Below, piece after piece: positions 8,234-16,281 of a stretch of DNA of 62,942 nucleotides (position 1 is the first letter of the stretch; each line of letters begins with the position of its first letter). This stretch comes from a virus (lineage: Duplodnaviria; Caudoviricetes). The position numbers were made by a program, and so were the translations under genes. Location: the IMG/VR virus record IMGVR_UViG_3300009152_000050, positions 1 through 62,942 of that record; one strand, 5' to 3'. Under the pieces are notes generated by a model. The model searched no databases, was not told where the DNA came from, and saw only the letters and a program-made list of their open reading frames with translations.

Positions 8234-8285
8234 CGGGTATATGTAAACATTCTTTATAACTAAATGATAATTAAATAATTATGTT
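8231..8285 (-). other. Putative attI-like site (non-hairpin) at the 5' end of the recombinase
   Basis: Bottom strand reads ...ATATACCC-GTTAGGT; no hairpin partner; similar to 55766-55845. Confidence 0.6.
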
Positions 8286-9119
8286 ATGAATATCGGAAAG
8301 TATATACAGTTGTATTCCGAAGATTTACGATTGAAAAATTATGCTGAATCTTCTATTTCCAATTATGTATCACAGGTTAAATGTTTTTTAGAGCATTTTT
8401 CTGATGTAGCTACAAAGCCTTCTGAAATAAACGAAAGGCAAATAAAACAATGGCTACTTTCCGCTAATTCTATTAATGGAAGAAGGCATAGATTATCAGC
8501 ATTAAAGCTATTCTATTCGCTTACAGGTAAACAGCCGTTAAAATTTAAGCACATAGAATATCCTCGGTCAGAAAAAAAATTACCAATCGTTCTGTCTGTG
8601 GAAGAAGTACAGAAAATGTTTTCAGCGTGTTCTAATACAAAACACAAGTTAATATTGGCTATTTTGTACTCTTGCGGATTACGGGTTAGTGAATTGATAA
8701 GCCTTAAATGGAATAACATTGACAGGAGCAGGATGGTAATAAATATTATTGGAGCAAAAGGGAATAAAGACCGTCAAGTACCGTTACCTGAAATACTTAT
8801 TCCTTTATTAGAAAAATACTGGTATAAATACAAAACTAAAACATACATTTTAGAGGGGCAATTTAAAGATGTATATAGCAGCAGAAGTGTACTTGAAGTA
8901 GTTAAACAATTAGCAGAAAAAGCAGGGTTAAGGAAAGATGTTTGGACGCACTTAATTCGTCATTGCTATGGAACGCATCAGGTGGAAAGTGGAGTTGACA
9001 TAAATCTCATACAGAAAATACTTGGGCATAGCAATGTTAAGACAACTAATATCTATTTACATACCTCACATAACTTAATATCTCGTATTCAATCACCTTT
9101 AAATAGTATTAATTTATGA
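8286..9119 (+). CDS. Tyrosine recombinase, integron-integrase-like (no obvious IntI-specific insertion)
   Basis: LP.VLS.EEV, GLRVSE, KGNKDR, HLIRH, LGH..VKTT.IY, C-terminal IQSPL; 277 aa. Confidence 0.93.
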   Translation: MNIGKYIQLYSEDLRLKNYAESSISNYVSQVKCFLEHFSDVATKPSEINERQIKQWLLSANSINGRRHRLSALKLFYSLTGKQPLKFKHIEYPRSEKKLPIVLSVEEVQKMFSACSNTKHKLILAILYSCGLRVSELISLKWNNIDRSRMVINIIGAKGNKDRQVPLPEILIPLLEKYWYKYKTKTYILEGQFKDVYSSRSVLEVVKQLAEKAGLRKDVWTHLIRHCYGTHQVESGVDINLIQKILGHSNVKTTNIYLHTSHNLISRIQSPLNSINL

Positions 9120-9565
9120 AGCGACTACTAATTTTATTGTTATTAACATCTAAGTTATCTTATAGTCAAAAGTGGTGGAATATAACTAAGAATGATTTAC
9201 TGATAGTGGGAGTAGGTTTTGTAGGAGGTGGTGCAGATGCTTATAATCAACGTATCTTACATCATAAGTACGGAGCAGGAAAGCCATTTTGGGATTACTC
9301 TACATCGTATAAAAGGAAATATAAAGATTTTGAGAATGGAGATTTAAGAGCAGCATATCCCGGCAGTAAGACATGGTTAGTAATGACTACTGATGGCTAC
9401 CACCTTACAAGAGCAGTAGATAGGTTTCATTCATTATTTACGATTGGTATAACTGCGTATGAATGGAATGAATATAAAGGATGGGATAGGGTACTATTTA
9501 TTAGTAAGAAAGTACTACTGTCTGGCGTTAGTAATAGAATTGCATTTAATTTAATCTACAAATAA
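9116..9565 (+). CDS. Secreted/membrane hypothetical protein
   Basis: Signal peptide ending YSQ; overlaps the recombinase stop. Confidence 0.7.
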   Translation: MKRLLILLLLTSKLSYSQKWWNITKNDLLIVGVGFVGGGADAYNQRILHHKYGAGKPFWDYSTSYKRKYKDFENGDLRAAYPGSKTWLVMTTDGYHLTRAVDRFHSLFTIGITAYEWNEYKGWDRVLFISKKVLLSGVSNRIAFNLIYK

Positions 9566-9577
9566 ACCCACCTAATT

Positions 9578-10039
9578 ATGAAAGTTTTAATCACCCTCAA
9601 CCTAATTTTAATTTTATCAATCCCTTCATTTACCCAACCTTATTTTGGGATAGGATTGCAGAACAAAGGCTTTAATATGAGTTTAGGAATAGTCGCAGAT
9701 AATATTGATGCACAAATCAACTTTAAAACCCCATTAACATCGGCAGAAGAATCAAAGGTACTATCTCTTACTATTGGTAGAATGATTAATATAACCAATA
9801 ATGATGAAGATAACTACTCCATTACCCCCTTATTAGGAATAGGATGGAGTAAGTATCAAGATTTTAGCCAGTACGATTTAGATGATAAAGCAGCCATTAT
9901 AGACGTTAATAAGTTTAGTGGGGTATATGGCTTAGAAATCGGAAAAGATGCCCACGTTGGTCGCATATCGCTTATGGGAAGGTATTGTGATAGTAAGATG
10001 TACTATGGTGTAACAATGAGAGTATTTTTTAGCAGATAG
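9578..10039 (+). CDS. Putative small outer-membrane beta-barrel protein
   Basis: Signal peptide, alternating beta pattern, aromatic C-terminus YYGVTMRVFFSR. Confidence 0.6.
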   Translation: MKVLITLNLILILSIPSFTQPYFGIGLQNKGFNMSLGIVADNIDAQINFKTPLTSAEESKVLSLTIGRMINITNNDEDNYSITPLLGIGWSKYQDFSQYDLDDKAAIIDVNKFSGVYGLEIGKDAHVGRISLMGRYCDSKMYYGVTMRVFFSR

Positions 10040-10057
10040 CAGGTTGATTAGTAAATG

Positions 10058-10090
10058 AAAAGTCGGTTACGTATTGTAGCCGACTTTTTT
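10058..10090. terminator. Bidirectional intrinsic terminator at the convergence point
   Basis: AAAAGTCGGTTAC-gtatt-GTAGCCGACTTTTTT. Confidence 0.85.
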
Positions 10091-10592
10091 ATTTGCTGGT
10101 GTTCTTTAAAAATGACTTTAATCTATTGTATTGAAAATAAACATCTTTACCTGATTTTATGGCCTTTATTTCAGCATCATTCATCCCTACTTTTTTACAG
10201 AATGAAAGGGTATAAGTGTGCATTAGTTTAAGGTTATTCAGTCTTGCCCTTCCGTATTCTTCTTTTGCCTTTCCCTTTTCATCTATGGTAATTTCATCAA
10301 AGCCAAAATGATACATTCCAAAAGTAAATGGCAGTATCTTTCTTTCACACTTTACGGAAAAAAACAATTCAAAAGCACTACTATGTATCTCTCCTATTGC
10401 TGTTAATGTGCATTTTTCTGGGCAACTTTCAATCATGTTCTGAATAGTGTAAAATACTGATATATTACCCCCTACGCTATCTATATAAATGTCTTTTTTC
10501 TTTTGGCTTGTTTTTTCAGAATCATTCCATTCCTTTACAAACTTTTGCAAAAGGTCGTTATCCCCAAATCCATTTATAGATATGATGCTCAT
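10089..10592 (-). CDS. ClpP-like serine protease
   Basis: IYIDSVGG, IHSSAF and GMYH motifs. Confidence 0.7.
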   Translation of the reverse strand: MSIISINGFGDNDLLQKFVKEWNDSEKTSQKKKDIYIDSVGGNISVFYTIQNMIESCPEKCTLTAIGEIHSSAFELFFSVKCERKILPFTFGMYHFGFDEITIDEKGKAKEEYGRARLNNLKLMHTYTLSFCKKVGMNDAEIKAIKSGKDVYFQYNRLKSFLKNTSK

Positions 10593-10593
10593 T

Positions 10594-10761
10594 TTATTTA
10601 ATCTTAGGGTACATTTGCCTTTCCAATAATTTAATTTGTTCCTCCAATGGCATTATAACATTTTGCTTTATGTGTTTTGCTTCTCGGTGCTTTGCATTGT
10701 ACTCTCTTTCTGCTGCATCTTTTCTGTCGCAAAGTTCTTTATGTTTTTTATAGTTATCCAT
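10594..10761 (-). CDS. Small coiled-coil hypothetical protein (55 aa, not in ORF track)
   Basis: MDNYKKHKELCDRKDAAEREY...; fills the gap between neighbouring genes. Confidence 0.55.
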   Translation of the reverse strand: MDNYKKHKELCDRKDAAEREYNAKHREAKHIKQNVIMPLEEQIKLLERQMYPKIK

Positions 10762-10763
10762 TA

Positions 10764-11630
10764 TTATAATTTTTCTTTACGTGCTTGTTTTGACATACTC
10801 ATTTTTAGCTTAGTTTCATCTGTGTGTTTCCTCCCTGTGGATAGTTTTCTGAAATACTCTCTATATTCTGCGGAACGTGGAGGCATCTTTGTTCCAGTAT
10901 GAGCCTTTATAATTTTTTTTCTGCCTCTTTCTTTTATATCGTTAGGATGTTCAAGTATAAATAACCCATCTCTTGACTTAATTGGAGATAATATATTACT
11001 CCTTGTTAAGAAATATCCAGACGGATGCAGCCTTCTATTTATATAGCGGCTCATAGTACTCATACTTGTGTTAAAATAGTCCGCAATAGCCTGTAATGAC
11101 TTACAAGTAGTAATTAATATACCTGTTGTAGAATATACGTATATAACGCCTTTGTAATTAGGATTGCCTACTCCTTGATAATTTTCTATACATAACTTTC
11201 TTGAATCTTCTATTTGTTTAAGTGTTTTTGCCCTACCCTTACTCTTTTCAGACATTTTTTTCTTAGTAGCCTCTGTATGCTTTTTGCCCGTCCATGCTCC
11301 TTTTTTATTTCTCTCTGCCAACTTTGGATTTTTAATACCAAGTACCCCATCCCCTCCTTTTGTAAGATTAGCGAGTGTACCTCCATCACAAGACCGACCA
11401 TATATCTCTATAAACTCTATTTCTTTCTGTTTAGCTGTATCATAAGGTATATCTTGGAAAAGAATTTGTACATCTATTGGAGTTTTATTATAAATAGCCA
11501 TCCAATATTTGTTCCTATGTCTTGGGTCGTGATTGTACGCACGTTCATAATTAGGACTATCTCTTTTAGATATTCCTATATAAAATACTTTATTAGTATC
11601 AACCCTTATATGCCTATATACGTATGCCAT
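10764..11630 (-). CDS. GIY-YIG homing endonuclease with NUMOD3 repeats
   Basis: YVYRH...FYIGI, NLTKGGDG, and GKKHTEATKKKMS / GRKHTDETKLKMS. Confidence 0.88.
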   Translation of the reverse strand: MAYVYRHIRVDTNKVFYIGISKRDSPNYERAYNHDPRHRNKYWMAIYNKTPIDVQILFQDIPYDTAKQKEIEFIEIYGRSCDGGTLANLTKGGDGVLGIKNPKLAERNKKGAWTGKKHTEATKKKMSEKSKGRAKTLKQIEDSRKLCIENYQGVGNPNYKGVIYVYSTTGILITTCKSLQAIADYFNTSMSTMSRYINRRLHPSGYFLTRSNILSPIKSRDGLFILEHPNDIKERGRKKIIKAHTGTKMPPRSAEYREYFRKLSTGRKHTDETKLKMSMSKQARKEKL

Positions 11631-12802
11631 TAAAATAAATGAGTTAATCTTGCTACTTGCCCATGTTCGGGATGATGTATAAAAGCTTCTACTGCTTTTG
11701 GTGCGTGGGCGTAACCATTTCTATGATGCCAACTATCCGTACCTGACGGACTTCTTAATACTTCTACACATACACTCATATAGTCTTTACTTATTTTATG
11801 GTGCAGATCGTGGATATAAAAGTATCTATGTTTGCAGTTATTCCAATCTTTACTTTCATGTGCCATCAATAATGCTAAATCAGTCTGCTTTGCACCATCA
11901 CCATGAGTAGTGCCTATTAGGTTATTATGATAAACATAATATTTCCTGTGTGCGGTTGTAGCATTAAATGTGCATCCTTTATTATTCCTAAACCATGCCT
12001 CTAATGTTTGTGCTAACATAAATCCACTAACATAATCATGGTTACTGGGGTCATATTGTATATGTACTGGTGCAACTGTTAATAACATTTCAATACAATC
12101 AACAAGTAATTTCTTAGCAATCATAAAGGCATCATACCACATTAACTCTGTGTCTTGTGGTGTTCCGCTTGTAGTTAGGCTTTTAGCATTATCTGTATGT
12201 AGAATATCATTACCTATTACAAATAATATTTTTTCAATAGGGAAACCTTTTGCTTTCTGTATCAATCCTGCTACCCCTGATTTAACTCTATCTATTGCTA
12301 TTTGATGATTATATTCATCCCCTGTTTCAAATGATTTGCATAACTTCCCAATATGGACATCTGCGGGGTCAACTACTAATAAATGACCATCCGTTATTTT
12401 TGGGTATTTTATTACAGGGTATTTAGGGGAGTACTTTTGTATATCTGCAATTATTCTGTCTTTTAATTCCCAAAGATTTACTTTCTTATTACCTACGTGA
12501 ATAGAGAAATGCTCTCCTTTATACCAATAGTGATTAACGTCTTGAATGGGAATACCTTTTGATTCACATTCTTCATTTAATGCTCTGTGTTCCCCTGCGT
12601 ATTCTTCTGTGATTGATAACCCTGCTTTACATCCTAAACTAACCTTGCTTTTATCTAATGCGCCCCCTTCTCTTAATCTTTGTATTGCTGTTTTTACTGC
12701 GTTGTAAGTACTATCTATTATTTCAGCATACTGCGTTTTTGAAAGATTAGGATTGATAGATATTTGTTCTAAAAGTTTCTTTTGTAATGGAGTTATTTTC
12801 AT
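11630..12802 (-). CDS. Calcineurin-like metallophosphoesterase with N-terminal HTH
   Basis: DVHIGK, GNDILH, SNHD, THGD and HDLHH motifs. Confidence 0.85.
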   Translation of the reverse strand: MKITPLQKKLLEQISINPNLSKTQYAEIIDSTYNAVKTAIQRLREGGALDKSKVSLGCKAGLSITEEYAGEHRALNEECESKGIPIQDVNHYWYKGEHFSIHVGNKKVNLWELKDRIIADIQKYSPKYPVIKYPKITDGHLLVVDPADVHIGKLCKSFETGDEYNHQIAIDRVKSGVAGLIQKAKGFPIEKILFVIGNDILHTDNAKSLTTSGTPQDTELMWYDAFMIAKKLLVDCIEMLLTVAPVHIQYDPSNHDYVSGFMLAQTLEAWFRNNKGCTFNATTAHRKYYVYHNNLIGTTHGDGAKQTDLALLMAHESKDWNNCKHRYFYIHDLHHKISKDYMSVCVEVLRSPSGTDSWHHRNGYAHAPKAVEAFIHHPEHGQVARLTHLF

Positions 12803-12824
12803 AATTACGTTTTATATTTTAGGG

Positions 12825-13412
12825 TTAAATTTTATGTAAACATTTTAAAAATTTCCTTCCGTAACCTGCAATTAATTCTTTTTTATCTGTTCCATTAATT
12901 ATTTTCCTTGCGCCCTCCCAATCCTCAACTTTTGATGTAAAGTACATTTCTAAGCACCTCCCTGTAAAATCTCCGAAAGAACTTGCGCCCTTAGTCATTC
13001 CTTCAAATAGTATTTTTGTAGCTACTTTAACGTCTAATGCAAATTCTGGATTACCTAATAAATCAATGCCTAATAGTCTGCCTATTAGGTCATAATTTTC
13101 GTACCATGTAAGTTGTACGTAGCCTCTGCCAAAATATAATTTATCGGGAATTGTGTATTTTATTCCACTATGCTTTATTTTCTTACCGTATGATCTGCCT
13201 TTCCCTTTACCATATTCTTCTATTGGGAGCATTGTGTTTGCAGTTTCGTGCTTAGTGGTTGCCAGTATGTAAGCTAACCATCTTAGGTCTGTATATCCTG
13301 CGCCATCCCAATAGTTAATGATTGCATCTATACTATCTATCTGTTTTTGATTTAGTTTATTTAGTAACCCTTGCTCTCTTGCAGTTTTATAGAAAAATTG
13401 TTTATCTACCAT
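12825..13412 (-). CDS. Endolysin, GH19/lysozyme-like
   Basis: YILAT..HET, YFGRGYVQLTWYENY, ARKIINGTD. Confidence 0.9.
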   Translation of the reverse strand: MVDKQFFYKTAREQGLLNKLNQKQIDSIDAIINYWDGAGYTDLRWLAYILATTKHETANTMLPIEEYGKGKGRSYGKKIKHSGIKYTIPDKLYFGRGYVQLTWYENYDLIGRLLGIDLLGNPEFALDVKVATKILFEGMTKGASSFGDFTGRCLEMYFTSKVEDWEGARKIINGTDKKELIAGYGRKFLKCLHKI

Positions 13413-13494
13413 AACTTTTTATTTTCTGATACCCATGCCAAGTAGTACCCCAATGCTATTGCTAATATACATAGGAGTAATTGAGGCATCGTTG

Positions 13495-13692
13495 CTATCC
13501 TTTAGGGTTGCCTCCTTGTTGGTTGTACTTGTGGGCTATGTAGGCTATTGCGCCTACTACTAATACTACTCCTAATCCTAAAAATAAAGTAGATAAATTA
13601 TTTGTATCAGCATAATATCCGAAAGCAGTAAAGATTGATACGAAGCCTAATAATCCAACTAAGGAGGTGAGTGTGAATTGCCATCTTTTCAT
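13495..13692 (-). CDS. Small two-TM membrane protein (lysis cassette)
   Basis: Two hydrophobic helices. Confidence 0.65.
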   Translation of the reverse strand: MKRWQFTLTSLVGLLGFVSIFTAFGYYADTNNLSTLFLGLGVVLVVGAIAYIAHKYNQQGGNPKG

Positions 13693-14201
13693 GGTTTTAT
13701 AATTTTAATTAATTTTATAATATACGGAATTGAAAGGCCTATTGATACAATGATAAGCCATTTTATCCACTTATTTTTCTTTTCTATTTTATTTTCTAAT
13801 GCCACAATCACTAAGTCCTTATCAGTCAATTTCTTAGTTAATTTATTTATTTTATCAGTATCTTCCGTTGTGATGATTTTTGTGATAGTATTTGTTACCA
13901 ATTCGGGAACTTTCACCTTAATATATACTGGAACTTTTACCGCTACCGATGTTTCAAAACTATCTATCCTATACTGTATTGTGTCAGGGCATTGTACGTC
14001 AATAGTCTTATATAAGGTGTCTATTGTCTTTACTGAATCCACTTTAATAGCAGTACATGGGTAGTCTTTCCTTACTAATTCAGCTACCTTTTCTTCATTC
14101 TTATCTTTGGCTTTATTGTATAATTCTGCTGCCGTTTTGCATGACGTTAAACATATTACACATACTACTGCAAGTATTAAATAAAATAAATTCTTATTCA
14201 T
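13689..14201 (-). CDS. Putative unimolecular spanin
   Basis: Lipobox LTSC plus C-terminal TM helix, inside the lysis cassette. Confidence 0.65.
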   Translation of the reverse strand: MNKNLFYLILAVVCVICLTSCKTAAELYNKAKDKNEEKVAELVRKDYPCTAIKVDSVKTIDTLYKTIDVQCPDTIQYRIDSFETSVAVKVPVYIKVKVPELVTNTITKIITTEDTDKINKLTKKLTDKDLVIVALENKIEKKNKWIKWLIIVSIGLSIPYIIKLIKIIKP

Positions 14202-14213
14202 ATTACGATTTTT

Positions 14214-14486
14214 TTAAGGTTTTTCGCCTGTCTTTACTTCTTCTACTGCATCTACAACATTTTCTACTGCTTCTTCGTCATTAACTCCAAATAGTTTTGA
14301 AAGTGTTTTTGTTGCTAACATTATGAACCCTATCCACATTGCATAATCTTCACCAGTAAGATGAAGTTTTGGTGCGAATAAATTTGCAAATGCCAATGCG
14401 CCCATAAAAAAATAGAGAAGTGTATCTCTAATATCTTTTACTCTTTGTGGAGTAGTTTTTCTCATTTGACTTAATCCGAATCCCAT
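14214..14486 (-). CDS. Putative holin
   Basis: Two TMs, charged tail, near the endolysin. Confidence 0.6.
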   Translation of the reverse strand: MGFGLSQMRKTTPQRVKDIRDTLLYFFMGALAFANLFAPKLHLTGEDYAMWIGFIMLATKTLSKLFGVNDEEAVENVVDAVEEVKTGEKP

Positions 14487-14491
14487 AACTT

Positions 14492-14713
14492 TTAATTTTT
14501 AAATGCTTTTAATAATTCTTCAAAATTGTTAGTAATCATTTTTTCCATTATATCAAAACGCTTGTTGTAATAAATATCTCTGCTCTCGTACTGATTTAAT
14601 AGTTTACCGAACTTTCTCATTATTGCGTTTACCCTTAATGTTATGTACACTATAAATAAAGCCAGTACTATCATACATATAGAGCCTACTAATACTAATT
14701 CATTAACTGTCAT
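14492..14713 (-). CDS. Small membrane protein
   Basis: N-terminal TM. Confidence 0.6.
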   Translation of the reverse strand: MTVNELVLVGSICMIVLALFIVYITLRVNAIMRKFGKLLNQYESRDIYYNKRFDIMEKMITNNFEELLKAFKN

Positions 14714-14982
14714 TTCATTAGTGCTACGGATAGAGAAATAATAGTTAAAATCAAAAGCCCAAAACCTATAAATTTATAGATTCCAAGCCCCTCGTTTGCT
14801 ATTTTCTCTAACCGCCCTATGCGTTCTTCGTGATCTTTTACTTTTGTAGTTTCTAATTCCTTCAAGGAACTTGCGAATCCCTCTACTGCCTTTGAAAAGT
14901 GTTGCATATTAAGATTAGTTTCTCGGATTTCTCCACTCAACTGTATCATTATTTCTCTGTCTGTCTTAGGTTCTAATGCCAT
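14710..14982 (-). CDS. Coiled-coil protein with C-terminal TM (hemolysin/holin-like)
   Basis: DHEERIGRLEK followed by a TM. Confidence 0.6.
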   Translation of the reverse strand: MALEPKTDREIMIQLSGEIRETNLNMQHFSKAVEGFASSLKELETTKVKDHEERIGRLEKIANEGLGIYKFIGFGLLILTIISLSVALMK

Positions 14983-15061
14983 TCTATCAGGTTTAAAAGT
15001 ATAAGGTATCGTACGTCTTTTGTAAAGGTATAACTTATTTTTGTATTTAGCACTTATACCC

Positions 15062-15511
15062 CTATGCTCTATTAAATTGTTTCATTTTTCTTTGTACGTT
15101 AAAAACTCTTGATGCTACCCTCAACTCATTCACCCCCATCTTCTTCGCTATGTCCTTGTATTTTAGTCCGAAGTAACGATTTAGTAAAAACGCATCCTTG
15201 CATTTACTATCGTTTCTAAGGCTGTAAATAAAGTTCAAAACCCTATCCAACAACTCCCCACTATCGCTATCTCTGTTATCAATCACATCAAAATCCAAAT
15301 CAACTGCGCCGTTTCTTTTTCCCTTTCTGCAATGGTCTAAAAATACAGACCTCAAAACCATGTAATAATACCCTTCCTTTTCATCCAGCTTACCCGATGC
15401 CCACACTTTGATTAGCGTATCTTGTACCAATTCTTGAGGTAATAAATTATTGTTAGAACATAGAATCTTAGCATAGTTGTATAGAAATTTATTATCGTTT
15501 AAAATTTTCAT
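15062..15511 (-). CDS. ECF-type RNA polymerase sigma factor
   Basis: Region 2 ELVQDTLIKVW...FLDHCRK; region 4 GLKYKDIAKKMGV. Confidence 0.8.
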   Translation of the reverse strand: MKILNDNKFLYNYAKILCSNNNLLPQELVQDTLIKVWASGKLDEKEGYYYMVLRSVFLDHCRKGKRNGAVDLDFDVIDNRDSDSGELLDRVLNFIYSLRNDSKCKDAFLLNRYFGLKYKDIAKKMGVNELRVASRVFNVQRKMKQFNRA

Positions 15512-15918
15512 TCTTCAATGGCGTTGATTGAATGTCCTTTATCAATAGCATCAAGTAACTTATCCAATGCCCTACCCAATGGCTTCAATAACCCTAACCT
15601 TTTATTCTTACCCAATACGCTACTTATCGTTTCATCTTCACAACCAAATTGCCATCCGTTACTTTTGATTAATGCGATATTAAACAGTTTTGCACCAACT
15701 ACATTACCAAGTTGGTCTATGCTTATTGCAGTACGAAATAAGAACTCTGTACGACCTTTAAAAATTAAAGTGAATACAAAGCAAATCGGCAATAGTATTG
15801 CAGATATTAGTAAGGCTGATATTAGTAAGATTATATTTTTCACCACTCTGTTATCATGTTTCCAAATTGGCGAATCATTGCGTGAACATTTACATCTTTC
15901 GTTTCTGCCATTGCACAA
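15508..15918 (-). CDS. Conserved phage membrane protein (true start probably near 15843)
   Basis: AISIDQLGNV...DETISSVLGK...DKGH motif. Confidence 0.65.
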   Translation of the reverse strand: MCNGRNERCKCSRNDSPIWKHDNRVVKNIILLISALLISAILLPICFVFTLIFKGRTEFLFRTAISIDQLGNVVGAKLFNIALIKSNGWQFGCEDETISSVLGKNKRLGLLKPLGRALDKLLDAIDKGHSINAIEE

Positions 15919-16271
15919 AAGAAGTCATACTGCCCTGTGTAATTTACAAGAGGGTCGTAATCCAAAATATCAACACCGCTTTCATCTTGCCCGATAACAA
16001 TTTTAGCAATCGGGTAGCCGTTAGTGATGTCGCACATCGTTGAATTATCGGCAACTGTTTTCTTTGTGTAGTCGGGAACGAAAGATAGGTAAGTACCTTT
16101 TTTCCCATCAAGAAAACTAAAGTGCTGAACAGTCCACAATAGGGTTAAAGAAGCCGAATCTATCGAGTAATTCATACCCGACAAATAGGCTTCACGAAAT
16201 ATTTTTGTTCCGTCTATCTCAATCGCAGGAACTGATACTGTTACTTTTGGGGTTGTTAATTGTATAAACAT
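15840..16271 (-). CDS. Hypothetical protein, possibly fibre-associated
   Basis: Immediately downstream of the fibre-like gene. Confidence 0.6.
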   Translation of the reverse strand: MFIQLTTPKVTVSVPAIEIDGTKIFREAYLSGMNYSIDSASLTLLWTVQHFSFLDGKKGTYLSFVPDYTKKTVADNSTMCDITNGYPIAKIVIGQDESGVDILDYDPLVNYTGQYDFFCAMAETKDVNVHAMIRQFGNMITEW

Positions 16272-16281
16272 ATTTTAATTT

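Larger units (their letters stand above)
5094..9119. mobile_element. Integron-like element: four gene cassettes, attC-like hairpins, an attI-like site and an IntI-like recombinase
   Basis: TAAC cores at 5094, 5357, 6865, 7640 and 8231; GTTA cores at 5431, 6987 and 7685; cassette ends self-complementary; adjacent tyrosine recombinase. Confidence 0.8.

Noticed and set aside
5431-8234. Shufflon or invertible segments
   Set aside because: All cassette ORFs share one orientation and are whole genes rather than alternative C-termini; inversion not excluded without reads
8286-9119. Ordinary prophage integrase or XerC/D
   Set aside because: No arm-binding domain, nearby repressor or host flanks seen; IntI-like C-terminus and cassette context fit better (not fully excluded)
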